Assembly (NCBI GenBank): GCA_013823365.1
Contig: PNMC01000002.1
Location: forward strand, 504 to 64,503
DNA: 64,000 bases
Direction of reading: 5' to 3'
From: Parvibaculum sp.
Lineage (GTDB): Bacteria > Pseudomonadota > Alphaproteobacteria > Parvibaculales > Parvibaculaceae
Below, one piece after another: positions 19,064 to 28,599 of the stretch. Position 1 is the first letter of the stretch, and the number at the start of each line of letters is the position of its first letter. Below the pieces are notes generated by a model, which was given only the letters and a program-made list of their open reading frames with translations, was not told the origin of the DNA and searched no databases. A program made the translations under genes and the position numbers.

Positions 19064-21211
19064 TCAGTTCTGTTTTTCGCCGGCACGCTCGAAGAGAGCG
19101 GCGCCATATCTGCCGATGCGGAGTTTCCAGCCGGGCTCGACGAGATAGGTCGTCGAAGGCGAGATGACGACCGCCGGCGCAGAGACGACGGCGCCGAAAG
19201 GCAGATCGCCCAGTTCGTAGAAGCCTGTGGCGAGCGCGCCATCATGTCCGACGAAATGACACTCGCGCATTTCCGAAGCGGGTGGCGCCGTCACGAGTTC
19301 CTTTTCCTCCGGCAGCACGCCGCGGAAGCGGAAAGTCGGCATTTGCGAGTAGGTGGCGACGCGGATCGTGTTGACGCGGATGCCCGCTTCCGGTGCCTGG
19401 CTGCCTTCGCCATAGCGGCGGCCATAATCCGCCGAAAACTCCTTCATCACTTCGAGCAGGTCTTCTGCCGAATGAAAGCGGTTCTTCGAGACGACGACGG
19501 CCGTCTGTGCGAGCTGGTTGCCATAGCGCATGTCGAGTTCCAGCCGGTGGCGGATCGCCTCTTCCGGCACGCCCTGGCGGATGAGGTCGTCCTTGCCCTT
19601 CTGCTCCAGTTCCTCGACCAGCGCGTTGAATCGCGGGAAATCGTCGAAGAGCTGGCGCGTGTTCGAGTCGTAGAGCGAGAGATAGAGCGAGCGTTCGTGG
19701 AAATGGAGCTGGTCCATGTTGCCCGCGCCGATGGCCGAGAAGATGGCGCTGAAGGGCGGCACCATGACGCGCGAGACGCCGAGCATATTGGCTATGCCGC
19801 AGGCATGGAGCGGACCGTTGCCGCCATAGGCAAGCAGCGTGAAGTGGCGCGGCTCGTAGCCACGGACGCGCAGTTCCTGCGCTATGCCGTTCGCCATATC
19901 GTTATCGACCTTGTCGCGGATGAGCTTGGCGGCGCCAATGGCGTCTACCCCCATGATCTCGCCGACTTCCTTTTCGAGCGCGCGGGTGGCGCGGCGCTCA
20001 TTGAGCGGGATCGAGCCGCCGGCATAGCGGTCCGCGATCAGATAGCCGAGCGCGAGGTCGGCGTCCGTCACGGTCGGATTGCGGCCGCCGCGATTGTAGC
20101 AGGCGGGGCCGGGATCGGAGCCCGCGCTTTCCGGGCCGACGGCAACGGTGCGCCGCAGCCTGTCATAGCGTGCGATGGAGCCGCCGCCCGCGCCGAGCGT
20201 AACGAGATGGACCATCGGAATATTGACGAGCCAACGCTCGATCACCGGGTTGAAGTCGTAGAACTTCACCCCGCCCTTCACGACGAGGCCGATGTCGAAG
20301 GAAGTGCCCCCCATATCGGTGCAGACGACATTGCCGAGATCGGTTTCGGCGGCGAGATGCTCCGACGCATGGATGCCGGCAACCGGGCCCGAATGGATGG
20401 TCTGCAGCGCATCCGTCGAATTCAGCTGCGCCATGCCGCCCGAATTGTGGATGACGAGCATGGGCTTGCGGTAGCCATTGTCGCGGAGGTTGAGTTCCAG
20501 CGTCGACAGGCCGTGATACATGGCGTTGTGCAGGAAGGCGTCGATGATCGCGGACGAGCTGCGCGCATATTCGCCCTTGCGGCCGCCCACCTTGTGCGAC
20601 AGCACGATAGGTGCAGAGCCGAGCAGGTGCTCGGGAAACTCGTCGCGGATGATTTCCTCGACCAGTAGTTCATGTTCCGGCTGCACGACGGCATTCACCA
20701 GCGAGACGACAAAGGCCTGCACGCCGTTGTCGACGAGCTGGCGCACGCGGGTGCGTACGTCTTCCGGGTCCACGGCCATGATGATCTCGCCCGTTTCGGC
20801 GACGCGCTCACGGATACCGACGATCATCTGAACGGGGACGAGCGGTGCCGGCCGCTGCGCCATCGGCAGGTCGCGGCGCAGACGGTCCGGCAGTCCCTCG
20901 CCATAGCCGCGGCCACGGCTCAACGGCACCATCGCCTCGAAACCTGCCGTGACCAGCAGACCGACGCGGGGGCCACGACGCTCGATCAGCGCATTGGTGC
21001 CGAGCGTCGTCGCGTAGCGGACGCTGTCCACCTCTCGCATGACTTCCTCGAGCGAAAGACCAAGCTGCTCGTAGGCCATCTTGAGCGAGGCGTTGAAGCC
21101 GAGGGCAAGGTTCTGATGCGTCGTCAGGGCCTTCGCCTCGACATAGACATCGTCCCAGACGAGCGAGCAATCCGTGAAGGTTCCGCCAATGTCCACCGAT
21201 ACGCGGCGCAT
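19064..21211 (-). CDS. Hydantoinase A/oxoprolinase family ATP-binding subunit (ApcC-like)
   Basis: VDIGGTFTD, ATTLGTNALIER, SGPVAG, DMGGTSFD, VGPESAGSDPGPACY and AYGGNGPLHA motifs. Confidence 0.9.
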   Translation of the reverse strand: MRRVSVDIGGTFTDCSLVWDDVYVEAKALTTHQNLALGFNASLKMAYEQLGLSLEEVMREVDSVRYATTLGTNALIERRGPRVGLLVTAGFEAMVPLSRGRGYGEGLPDRLRRDLPMAQRPAPLVPVQMIVGIRERVAETGEIIMAVDPEDVRTRVRQLVDNGVQAFVVSLVNAVVQPEHELLVEEIIRDEFPEHLLGSAPIVLSHKVGGRKGEYARSSSAIIDAFLHNAMYHGLSTLELNLRDNGYRKPMLVIHNSGGMAQLNSTDALQTIHSGPVAGIHASEHLAAETDLGNVVCTDMGGTSFDIGLVVKGGVKFYDFNPVIERWLVNIPMVHLVTLGAGGGSIARYDRLRRTVAVGPESAGSDPGPACYNRGGRNPTVTDADLALGYLIADRYAGGSIPLNERRATRALEKEVGEIMGVDAIGAAKLIRDKVDNDMANGIAQELRVRGYEPRHFTLLAYGGNGPLHACGIANMLGVSRVMVPPFSAIFSAIGAGNMDQLHFHERSLYLSLYDSNTRQLFDDFPRFNALVEELEQKGKDDLIRQGVPEEAIRHRLELDMRYGNQLAQTAVVVSKNRFHSAEDLLEVMKEFSADYGRRYGEGSQAPEAGIRVNTIRVATYSQMPTFRFRGVLPEEKELVTAPPASEMRECHFVGHDGALATGFYELGDLPFGAVVSAPAVVISPSTTYLVEPGWKLRIGRYGAALFERAGEKQN

Positions 21212-21234
21212 GTGTTCCGATCCTTTTCGTTCGA

Positions 21235-21630
21235 TCAATGGTGGTGGGGCGGGGCTACGAAATCCGGGCCGAGGACCGGCTTGTCGAGCGCTTCGCGCTT
21301 CGCCCATTGCGCTTTCAACGCATCGATGTCGAGTTCGATGTCATGCGCCGGCGGGTGGCCCGGCGGCAGATACTCGACCTCGGCGAGCCGGCCGCAATTC
21401 GGGCAGCAATATTCGACGATGCGGCACCAATCCGGATCGGGGGCGAAGGTGAAGTCGTATTTAGCGGCGTCCAGGATCGGCGCATGTATCTCCGACGGGT
21501 CGCGCTCGCGGGCGAGCAAGCCCTCCTTGTAGTTGTGGCGCGCATCGCCGATATCATGGCCGCAGCTCGCGCATTCCCAGCGCTCGCTGTCGAGATCGAT
21601 GTTGAGCATCGATGTGATGAAGACTTTCAT
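21235..21630 (-). CDS. Small Zn-binding carboxylase subunit (acetone carboxylase gamma / ApcB-like)
   Basis: 131 aa; WECASCGH...NYKEG...EYCCPNCG...VEYLPPGHPP. Confidence 0.88.
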   Translation of the reverse strand: MKVFITSMLNIDLDSERWECASCGHDIGDARHNYKEGLLARERDPSEIHAPILDAAKYDFTFAPDPDWCRIVEYCCPNCGRLAEVEYLPPGHPPAHDIELDIDALKAQWAKREALDKPVLGPDFVAPPHHH

Positions 21631-21651
21631 TTGTTCCTCCCAGATCGGCGG

Positions 21652-23535
21652 TCAGCGTTTCAGCATCAGATCGCCATTACCGCTGACGATGAAGCGCCAG
21701 CCGTCGCGGATATGCGCGGTAAAGAAGGCCTCCTCCACGAGGCAGGGCCCTTCGTGCCAGTCGCCGGGGCTGAGGTCCTCGAGCCGGAAAAGCGGCAGGT
21801 CGGAGATGCCCTTGCGCAGGCCGGCCGCTTCCGCCTTGCGGCGTCCCTCGCATGCCGCCTCGCCGAGACCGATCTTCTCGATCGGCTTCGTCACACGCAG
21901 TTCGAGCCAGGATTCCGTATTTTCGCCGTCATGCCTTCCGTTCAGCCGGGCTCGGGAATAGCCGGAGCCATTCTTCGTCAGCACCGCATAGTCGAGATTG
22001 CATTCCGCAAGGTCGAAGCCTTCAGCGAGCATGCCGCGGCGGGCCTGCTCCAGGAGGTTAGTCTTGGCGGCTTCGACCGCATCGTCGCGGCCGGCTGTCA
22101 GTTCCGCCATATAGCTGTGCTCGATATCGGAGAAGGCGATGCCATAGGCGCTGAAGACCGCGGCAAATTTCGGGATGAGCACCGTGTCGAGACCGGCCAT
22201 TCCGGCAACGCCGCAGGCGGACATGGGGCCTGCCCCGCCAAAGGCGAGCAAGGTCGCATCCTTGTTGCCTGCCGCGAAGCCCGAGATGCGTTCGGCGATC
22301 TTCGCGTGATAGGCGTCCGCCATTGCATTGGCGGCGGCAGCGAGATCGAGGCCGAGCGGTTCGCCGACATGGGTCATGATGGCGCGTTCGGCGCGTTCCC
22401 GGTCGAGCGGCATGCGGCCGCCGAAATAGGACGAGGGATCGAGAATGCCGAGAGCGAGGAAGGCATCGGTCATGGTGGCCTTGGTGCCGCCACGGGCGAA
22501 GCAGGCCGGCCCCGGCGCCGAGCCCACGCTTTCGGGGCCGACGAGAATTCGCCCGCCTTCCGCGCGGATGACCGAACCGCCCCCAGCGCCGATGCTTTCG
22601 ATGGCGGAAAGCGGGATCGAGACGGGCGCCCCTTCGATATGGCCAGCCTGCGAGACCGCGACGGCGGCGTCCTCGAACATGGCTATGTCCGTCGTCGTGC
22701 CGCCAATGTCGATCGAGACGGCCGAGGGTATGCCGTAATGCTTGAGCAGCACCTCTCCGCCGACCACCCCGCCCTGCGGGCCCGAGGAATAGGTCTTGAT
22801 GGCAACCGTCTTTGCGACGCGGGTCGAGTTTCCGTCATTGCGGAAGATAAGAAGAGGTTTGCGGGCGCGATGCTCGCGCAACCGGTTTTCCGCATTGTAG
22901 AGGAACGTCTCCATCGCCGGATGCAGGAAGGCATTCAGGACGCTGGTCCATACGCGCTGTTCCGACGTCCCGATCTGGGTGAGCTCCGTCGAGAAGAGCA
23001 GCGGTACGGCGCCGAGAAGATGACGCGGGAAGGCCCGATAGAGAACGCGCTTCGCCGCCTTCTCGCGGGCTGCTGCATCGGCGCCCGAAAATGCGATCAC
23101 GATGCGGCTTGCGCCGGCGGAAACGAGCTTCGATACGGCGGTGACGAGTTCGGCCGGATTGACGGTCGCCGCACCCGGCGACACATGGCGGACCCGATCG
23201 CCGACAAAGGCTTCGAACAGCGCGGGCGATGCATCCATGGCGCCGGCCGCCACGGCATCATCGTCCGACAGAAGACCGACACGCGGACCCTTGCGCTGAA
23301 CGATGGCGTTCGTTCCCTGCGTGGTGGAGTAGCGGATGTAATCGATGGAACCGACAAGCTTCGGCAGATCCACTTCGCCGTCGATTTTTTCCGACAAGGC
23401 TTCGAGGCACTTCACGAAGCATTCGGTCAGGTCATGCGGCGTGGTCAGCGTCTTCGCATGAATGGTCGAGATGCCGTCGGTCGCGCAGACATCGGTCAGC
23501 GTGCCACCATTATCGATGCTTACAAGAAGCCCCAC
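21652..23535 (-). CDS. Second hydantoinase A-family ATP-binding subunit (ApcA-like)
   Basis: IDNGGTLTD, STTQGTNA, SSGPQGG, DIGGTTTD and VGPESVGSAPGPACF motifs; start re-called at GTG 23535 behind GGAGG. Confidence 0.88.
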   Translation of the reverse strand: MGLLVSIDNGGTLTDVCATDGISTIHAKTLTTPHDLTECFVKCLEALSEKIDGEVDLPKLVGSIDYIRYSTTQGTNAIVQRKGPRVGLLSDDDAVAAGAMDASPALFEAFVGDRVRHVSPGAATVNPAELVTAVSKLVSAGASRIVIAFSGADAAAREKAAKRVLYRAFPRHLLGAVPLLFSTELTQIGTSEQRVWTSVLNAFLHPAMETFLYNAENRLREHRARKPLLIFRNDGNSTRVAKTVAIKTYSSGPQGGVVGGEVLLKHYGIPSAVSIDIGGTTTDIAMFEDAAVAVSQAGHIEGAPVSIPLSAIESIGAGGGSVIRAEGGRILVGPESVGSAPGPACFARGGTKATMTDAFLALGILDPSSYFGGRMPLDRERAERAIMTHVGEPLGLDLAAAANAMADAYHAKIAERISGFAAGNKDATLLAFGGAGPMSACGVAGMAGLDTVLIPKFAAVFSAYGIAFSDIEHSYMAELTAGRDDAVEAAKTNLLEQARRGMLAEGFDLAECNLDYAVLTKNGSGYSRARLNGRHDGENTESWLELRVTKPIEKIGLGEAACEGRRKAEAAGLRKGISDLPLFRLEDLSPGDWHEGPCLVEEAFFTAHIRDGWRFIVSGNGDLMLKR

Positions 23536-23627
23536 CGCCAGTTCCTCCCCGTCTCTTTCCGGCACTGCCGCGACAGACGGCACACCACTTTATGAGACGA
23601 GACTACGGCTGGGCGACACCCCTCTCC

Positions 23628-23643
23628 CCACCCGAAAGGATGG
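23628..23643. promoter_or_regulatory. Palindromic operator-like site CCACCC-GAAA-GGATGG (upstream of carboxylase operon)
   Basis: Same motif; sits in the short gap between the regulator stop and the first carboxylase gene. Confidence 0.62.
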
Positions 23644-23649
23644 AATTTT

Positions 23650-26400
23650 CTAGTCGATCAAGCCGAAATGACGGGCAACGGAAACCGCCTGCATGCGGTT
23701 GCTGATCTGCAGCTTTTCGAAGATGTTCCGCAGGTGCCATTTGACGGTGTTGGTCGAAAGCGAAAGCCGGTCGGCGAGCGCCTTGTTCGAAAAGCCGTTG
23801 GAAACAAGGCGGAGGATTTCTCTTTCCCGTTCCGTCAGTTCCTCGAGCAAGGGGGCGCCGGCGTCCTCGTCGTCGAACACCTGTTCAGGCATCGCGACCG
23901 GCGCAAATTCACCCGCCTCGGACAGGAGGCGGTCGAGATAGGCCGAGAGGAGATCCTTCTGCGGCAGGTCGGGGAATTTCGGCAGTGCGAGGCGCGCCTC
24001 ATGCAGAAGCCGAACTGCTTGCGGTCCTTCGTCGAGAACGAGCCGGATGAACTGGTCCGGTGCACCGATGCGCAGCGCTTCGATAAGTGCCCGCCTGGCC
24101 GCGTTCACCTGCCCTTCCACATTCAGGGAGATAGCGAGTAACAGATTGAGCTTCATGAAGCGGCGCATGCGCCTCTGGAGCCGGGCCTTGCGTACCGCCG
24201 GCTGAAGCAGGGCGCGGGCATCGGCGTGGCGGCCTGCGAGAATAAGAAGGCGCGCTTCGGTTACCGTCTGCGCCTCGGTTTCCCCCGCATGGAACATGAG
24301 CTCGTCGTCGCCTTCGCTCTCGCCTGAGGCGAGCCCCGCGAAGCGTGTGCGTGCCTTGTCGAGGTCTCCCGCCAGCGTGGCCTGGCGCACAAGCTCTGCC
24401 TTGGCGTAAGTAACGAGACGGCGAAGATTGTAACGGTGGCCGAGATACATCAGGCGGTCGAGCACCTCTTCCGCCTCGCGTTCCTCACCACGAAGATTGG
24501 CGATGCGCGCCATTGTGAGGAAGGCGAGCGCCAGCGGCTCCACGATCGCCTGCTGCTCGAGCAGCAGAAGATGGTCGTGAAGCAACGTCTCCGCTTCCGC
24601 GATGCAGTTCTTCTCGTACAGCGTCTCGGCGAGGCAGGCCGCGATGACGGAACCTGCGGTGACGCTCGCCGCCGCGCACTCCTCATTATGGACATAGGCC
24701 TGTTTGAGGCTTTTCAGCGCCTCTTCGTTGCCCCCCTGCGCGGCGAGAACATTCGCGTGAATCCATTCGCAGTAAGAAAGGCCGAAAAGATTGTGCGCCT
24801 CGTCGTGGAGCGCGCGTGCCTGCGCCAGAAGATCGCGTGCTTCCTCGAAGCGGCTGTTGAGATAGAGCCAGTAGGCGCGGGCATTCAATCCCACCGCATA
24901 TTCGAGCCCTTGCCGCTCCGCCAGTTGATCCATGACTTCTGCGCCGGTACGCCCGATCTCGGCGACATGATCCTGTGCGGCGATAGGGAAGATGCGGGTG
25001 TAACTATGGACCCCCCAATCCTCACGGGAGGCGCCGGTCCTTTCGAGTTCGGTCTTGCGAAGAGCCACAATCCGGTTCGCCTTCGCGAAGTCGCGCCGGA
25101 AGCCATAGGCGATGATGGCTGCATTCAGAATGCCCGGATATTTCCGCAAGATGTCGAGCGACAGGCGGTCGGCATAGCGTACGATCAAATCGAGCCGTTC
25201 CTCGCTGACAAGCCGTTCGATGATGGTATTGAGAAGAAGCGCCGCCGCCTCGTCGTCCGTCGCCTCGATATAGTGGAGGATCGCTTCCTCGTTGAAGCCG
25301 TGCGCCTCGTACCAGCCTGCAATCTTCTTGTGGAGCGCCAGCACCTGCGCCTCGGACATTTCACGCCGCAGTCGCGTCAGCAGAACCTGGCGGAAGACCG
25401 TGTGGAAGCGGAACCAGCGTCGCTCCATGTCGACCGGCGTGAGAAACAGGCCGAGATGCTCGATCTCGCTGAGGCAGTCTGCACCGTCGCTGCGGCCCGA
25501 CACATGCTCGAGCAGCTCAGGGCAAATGCGCTCCGGCATACAGGCCTCCAGCAGCACACGCTGGAACTCAGCCGACAGATTTTCGAACACGTCGGTCGCG
25601 AGAAAATCGATCAGGTCGGGCGTCACGCCCGATGCAGGAAGCGAGCGGGCCCGCGGCGACCGTCCCCGCATGGACAGGCGGATACACTGGAGAGCGGCCG
25701 GCCAACCGTCCGTTGCCGCCTGGTACCGGTCGACTTCGGCCTCGGATATGTCGCGGAAGTCGCGGAAGAACTCCGCCGTCTCATTGGCCCTGAAGCGCAG
25801 ACCTTCGACATTCACGACCACGGCCTGCTCACGCAACTGCAGGCGCGGCAAGTTGATTGCCGGCACCACGCGCGTGCCGATGCAGAGCTGGACGCCCTTG
25901 GGGAGGACACGAACGAGCTGCGAGATTACGGCTTCCATGCCGGGATGAGCGGCCTGCTCGAAATTGTCGATGACGATGACAAGGTCGTCGGAGGCGGCCC
26001 GGACGCATCGGAGAAAATCCTGAACGGATGCCGACGAGCTGTCCGGCAAGGAGGGAAGCTCGTCGCCTTCCGCTGCCGCCAGCACCGCTTCGCAGAGCAA
26101 ACGAAGGAAGCGGGAGGGGTCCGAATAATAGGATTCGAGATGAAGCCAGGCGATCGCGGAACCGGCTGCCTCCCGGCGTGCGCAATATTGACGGAGCAGC
26201 GTCGTCTTGCCGAAGCCAGCCGGCGCCTGCACCACGATAAGGCGGACGGCGGTGTGGTTCTTCAGCCGTTCGAGCTGGAATTTCCGCAAGACCTGGTTGT
26301 TCGATACTGCGCCCATGGGCGCGCCGGAGACAGAGGCCAGCACGACACTGCCCCCTCTCCTTCCCGCCCCCGACATCTCCGGTTCCAAGGCTGCTGCCAT
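23650..26400 (-). CDS. MalT-like (STAND/LAL) ATP-dependent LuxR-family transcriptional activator
   Basis: Walker A APAGFGKTTL, TDGWPAAL, WFRFHTVF, helical sensor region, and a C-terminal LuxR HTH (LTEREREIL...SNKALA...TVKWHLRNIFEKL). Confidence 0.93.
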   Translation of the reverse strand: MAAALEPEMSGAGRRGGSVVLASVSGAPMGAVSNNQVLRKFQLERLKNHTAVRLIVVQAPAGFGKTTLLRQYCARREAAGSAIAWLHLESYYSDPSRFLRLLCEAVLAAAEGDELPSLPDSSSASVQDFLRCVRAASDDLVIVIDNFEQAAHPGMEAVISQLVRVLPKGVQLCIGTRVVPAINLPRLQLREQAVVVNVEGLRFRANETAEFFRDFRDISEAEVDRYQAATDGWPAALQCIRLSMRGRSPRARSLPASGVTPDLIDFLATDVFENLSAEFQRVLLEACMPERICPELLEHVSGRSDGADCLSEIEHLGLFLTPVDMERRWFRFHTVFRQVLLTRLRREMSEAQVLALHKKIAGWYEAHGFNEEAILHYIEATDDEAAALLLNTIIERLVSEERLDLIVRYADRLSLDILRKYPGILNAAIIAYGFRRDFAKANRIVALRKTELERTGASREDWGVHSYTRIFPIAAQDHVAEIGRTGAEVMDQLAERQGLEYAVGLNARAYWLYLNSRFEEARDLLAQARALHDEAHNLFGLSYCEWIHANVLAAQGGNEEALKSLKQAYVHNEECAAASVTAGSVIAACLAETLYEKNCIAEAETLLHDHLLLLEQQAIVEPLALAFLTMARIANLRGEEREAEEVLDRLMYLGHRYNLRRLVTYAKAELVRQATLAGDLDKARTRFAGLASGESEGDDELMFHAGETEAQTVTEARLLILAGRHADARALLQPAVRKARLQRRMRRFMKLNLLLAISLNVEGQVNAARRALIEALRIGAPDQFIRLVLDEGPQAVRLLHEARLALPKFPDLPQKDLLSAYLDRLLSEAGEFAPVAMPEQVFDDEDAGAPLLEELTEREREILRLVSNGFSNKALADRLSLSTNTVKWHLRNIFEKLQISNRMQAVSVARHFGLID

Positions 26401-26502
26401 TGGCCCCTCCTCCTCCAAGGACGGCGGATGACAGCGCCATCCGCGAGCCCGCTTGCCGCGGGACTTTCAATTTATTCTGCGCCGCGCTTCGCCCCTGCGG
26501 CT

Positions 26503-27522
26503 CTATCTGGCATCCGGGGCGATGCGCACCATCAGCTTGCCATTGTTGCCGCCCGTGTAAAGCATACGCAGGGCATCAACCGCATTCTCCAGCCCATCCT
26601 CTATATGGATGCGGTATTTGAGCTCGCCCGAACGCATCCATTCGATGAGCTTCGCATGGTACTCGGGGAAATGCGCCGCGTAGTCGAGAATGACGAAGCC
26701 CTGAATGGTGAGCCGTTTCATGATGACATTGCGGAACATGTAGGGGCCCGGAACCGGCTCCGACGAATTGTAAGTCGAAATAAGGCCGCATATCACGACG
26801 CGACCGCCCTCGTTCATCAGGGTGAGCCCCGCATCGAGCTGGTCGCCGCCCACATTCTCAAAGTGAACGTCGATGCCGTTCGGCGCCTCGCGTTTCAGCG
26901 CATCGAGCAGATTCTCTTTGCGGTAGTTGATGACGGCATCGAAGCCGAGGTCGTCTCTCAACCATTTGCATTTGTCGTCGGAGCCTGCGACGCCGACGAC
27001 GCGGCAGCCATGCAGCTTCGCGATCTGGCCGACCAGCGCGCCGACGGCGCCTGCCGCCGCCGTGACGACGACCGTATCGCCGGGCTTCGGTTTGCCGATT
27101 TCGAGAAGGCCGACATAGGCCGTGGGGCCGGCAACGGCGAGGATGCCGAAGGCATCGGAAAGCGGAATGCCTTCCGGCCGGGGAAAGGGTGCCCAGCCTT
27201 CTGCGTCGGTCACGATCCAGTCCGACCAGGTGCCGAGGCCGGTCACAAGCGAGCCTTTCGGAAAGGTGGGATTTTGCGATTCCGCCACTTCGCCGAGAAT
27301 GAAGCCCAGCATCCGCGCGCCGATGGGCAGCGGGTCCATATAGGTGTCCCAGTCGCTCAGCCAGACGCGGTTGGTCGCATCGAGCGACATATAGAGGCTG
27401 CGGATGAGGATCTGGCCGGGCTCGAGGGCGGGTACGGGATCTTCACGCAGAACCAGCGTATCGGCCTCGATGACGTCTTTCGGACGCTTGTTGAAATACC
27501 AGTGCCGTGCGATCTGGCCCAT
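26503..27522 (-). CDS. NADP-dependent oxidoreductase (prostaglandin reductase/CurA-like zinc-independent MDR; alkenal/alkenone reductase family)
   Basis: TAYVGL, VTAAAGAVGALVGQIAK, FENVGG, VVICGLIS and GGNNGKL motifs; GGAG RBS before MGQIAR. Confidence 0.9.
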   Translation of the reverse strand: MGQIARHWYFNKRPKDVIEADTLVLREDPVPALEPGQILIRSLYMSLDATNRVWLSDWDTYMDPLPIGARMLGFILGEVAESQNPTFPKGSLVTGLGTWSDWIVTDAEGWAPFPRPEGIPLSDAFGILAVAGPTAYVGLLEIGKPKPGDTVVVTAAAGAVGALVGQIAKLHGCRVVGVAGSDDKCKWLRDDLGFDAVINYRKENLLDALKREAPNGIDVHFENVGGDQLDAGLTLMNEGGRVVICGLISTYNSSEPVPGPYMFRNVIMKRLTIQGFVILDYAAHFPEYHAKLIEWMRSGELKYRIHIEDGLENAVDALRMLYTGGNNGKLMVRIAPDAR

Positions 27523-27655
27523 CGCCACTCCTCCCCCTGCTGATGGGCTCGACGGGTTTTCCCTTCGAATCCAGTCACTTAACCGTTTCAGCACGCTTTC
27601 CTCCCCAGGCAGCGTTCGACGCGTTGCATGCTGTGCCGGTTTTACCCACCCATAC

Positions 27656-27671
27656 CCACCCTAAAGGGTGG
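27656..27671. promoter_or_regulatory. Perfect palindrome CCACCC-TAAA-GGGTGG (upstream of oxidoreductase-regulator unit)
   Basis: Perfect copy of the motif, with an additional TACCCACCC direct repeat immediately adjacent. Confidence 0.65.
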
Positions 27672-27704
27672 GATGGCTTTTGACAGCCGGCCGGATCGAG
27701 GAAA

Positions 27705-28499
27705 TCAACGGAAGTCGAGGGTGAGCGGTAGGGTGACGATATTATCGGGGATATGGGCGGGTATTGGCGGTACGGGGAAGGATTTCGTGATGGCATCCAG
27801 CATTGCCCTGTCCAGCACAGCCGAGCCAGACGATCGGACGAGGACCAGTTCGACCAGCTTGCCGGAACGGTCGAATGAGACATTCGCGTGCGGCGGCACG
27901 ATACGCGCACCTTCGAGACCGGGCGGCAGCACGAAATTCGCATTGAGGCGCTGCCGCAGCATCCGTCCATAGGCGTCGCCCCGGCCCGTTTCCCTTCCGC
28001 CATCAATGCTGCTGGAACTGTAACTGCGCTCGATGGTTTGGGCCCATTCGGGCAGACGTGCCGGCGCCTCGGCCCGCTCGGGTGGCGATGGCCTCTCCGG
28101 AGCGTCCTCCAGGGGGCGCGGCGCCTCCTGCCCCAGGCGTTCCGCATCGCCCGGCTGCTCGTGCTCCTCATCCGAACCGAAGTGGAAAGGGCTTGCCGGG
28201 GCCTGCGGCTCCGGCCGGGGCTGCGGCTCGACTTGCGGCTCGGGCTCCGGTTGCGGCGGCGGAACGATCTCGACCTCGATGGCGGCCGGTCCTTCCGCCG
28301 GCGGCATGGCCGGCGGGCTACCGAAGAGAAGCGGCAGGAGGAAAAGAATATTGATCGCGAGCGCGAGTCCCAGCGCGATTGCCAGTTCGCGCGTCCAGAG
28401 GCGCGCGGGCGGCGGCGGAGGCGGCAAGACGTGAAAATTCGCAGGCCCGGCTCCGGCGGCTGCCTCACTCGTCTTTCCACTCGCCGAAACCAACGCCAT
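27705..28499 (-). CDS. TonB/TolA-family energy transducer
   Basis: Single TM helix, Pro-rich PEPEP linker, C-terminal FDRSG...RSSGSAVLDRA domain. Confidence 0.8.
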   Translation of the reverse strand: MALVSASGKTSEAAAGAGPANFHVLPPPPPPARLWTRELAIALGLALAINILFLLPLLFGSPPAMPPAEGPAAIEVEIVPPPQPEPEPQVEPQPRPEPQAPASPFHFGSDEEHEQPGDAERLGQEAPRPLEDAPERPSPPERAEAPARLPEWAQTIERSYSSSSIDGGRETGRGDAYGRMLRQRLNANFVLPPGLEGARIVPPHANVSFDRSGKLVELVLVRSSGSAVLDRAMLDAITKSFPVPPIPAHIPDNIVTLPLTLDFR

Positions 28500-28599
28500 C
28501 GTAATCCGGAATCCATGCGACGGACGCCCTGTCCGTCGTCGCGGCGCAGTCTATCAGGCGAGACATGCACATGGCAGGGCGAGCAAAGACCCTTCGGCG

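Noticed and set aside
16795-23535. Calling the operon ordinary acetone carboxylase (acxABC) or 5-oxoprolinase
   Set aside because: Two distinct HydA-type subunits, a small Zn subunit and a fifth ORF fit the Apc-type architecture rather than the three-subunit Acx. Substrate is unproven, so no gene symbols were assigned.
16699-23595. Long plus-strand ORFs (822, 547, 785 aa) across the carboxylase operon
   Set aside because: Antisense shadows of motif-bearing hydantoinase-family genes.
24436-27543. 1035-aa plus-strand ORF
   Set aside because: Antisense shadow of the MalT-like regulator and oxidoreductase. It has no motifs and crosses gene boundaries; long stop-free antisense frames are expected with GC-rich codon bias.
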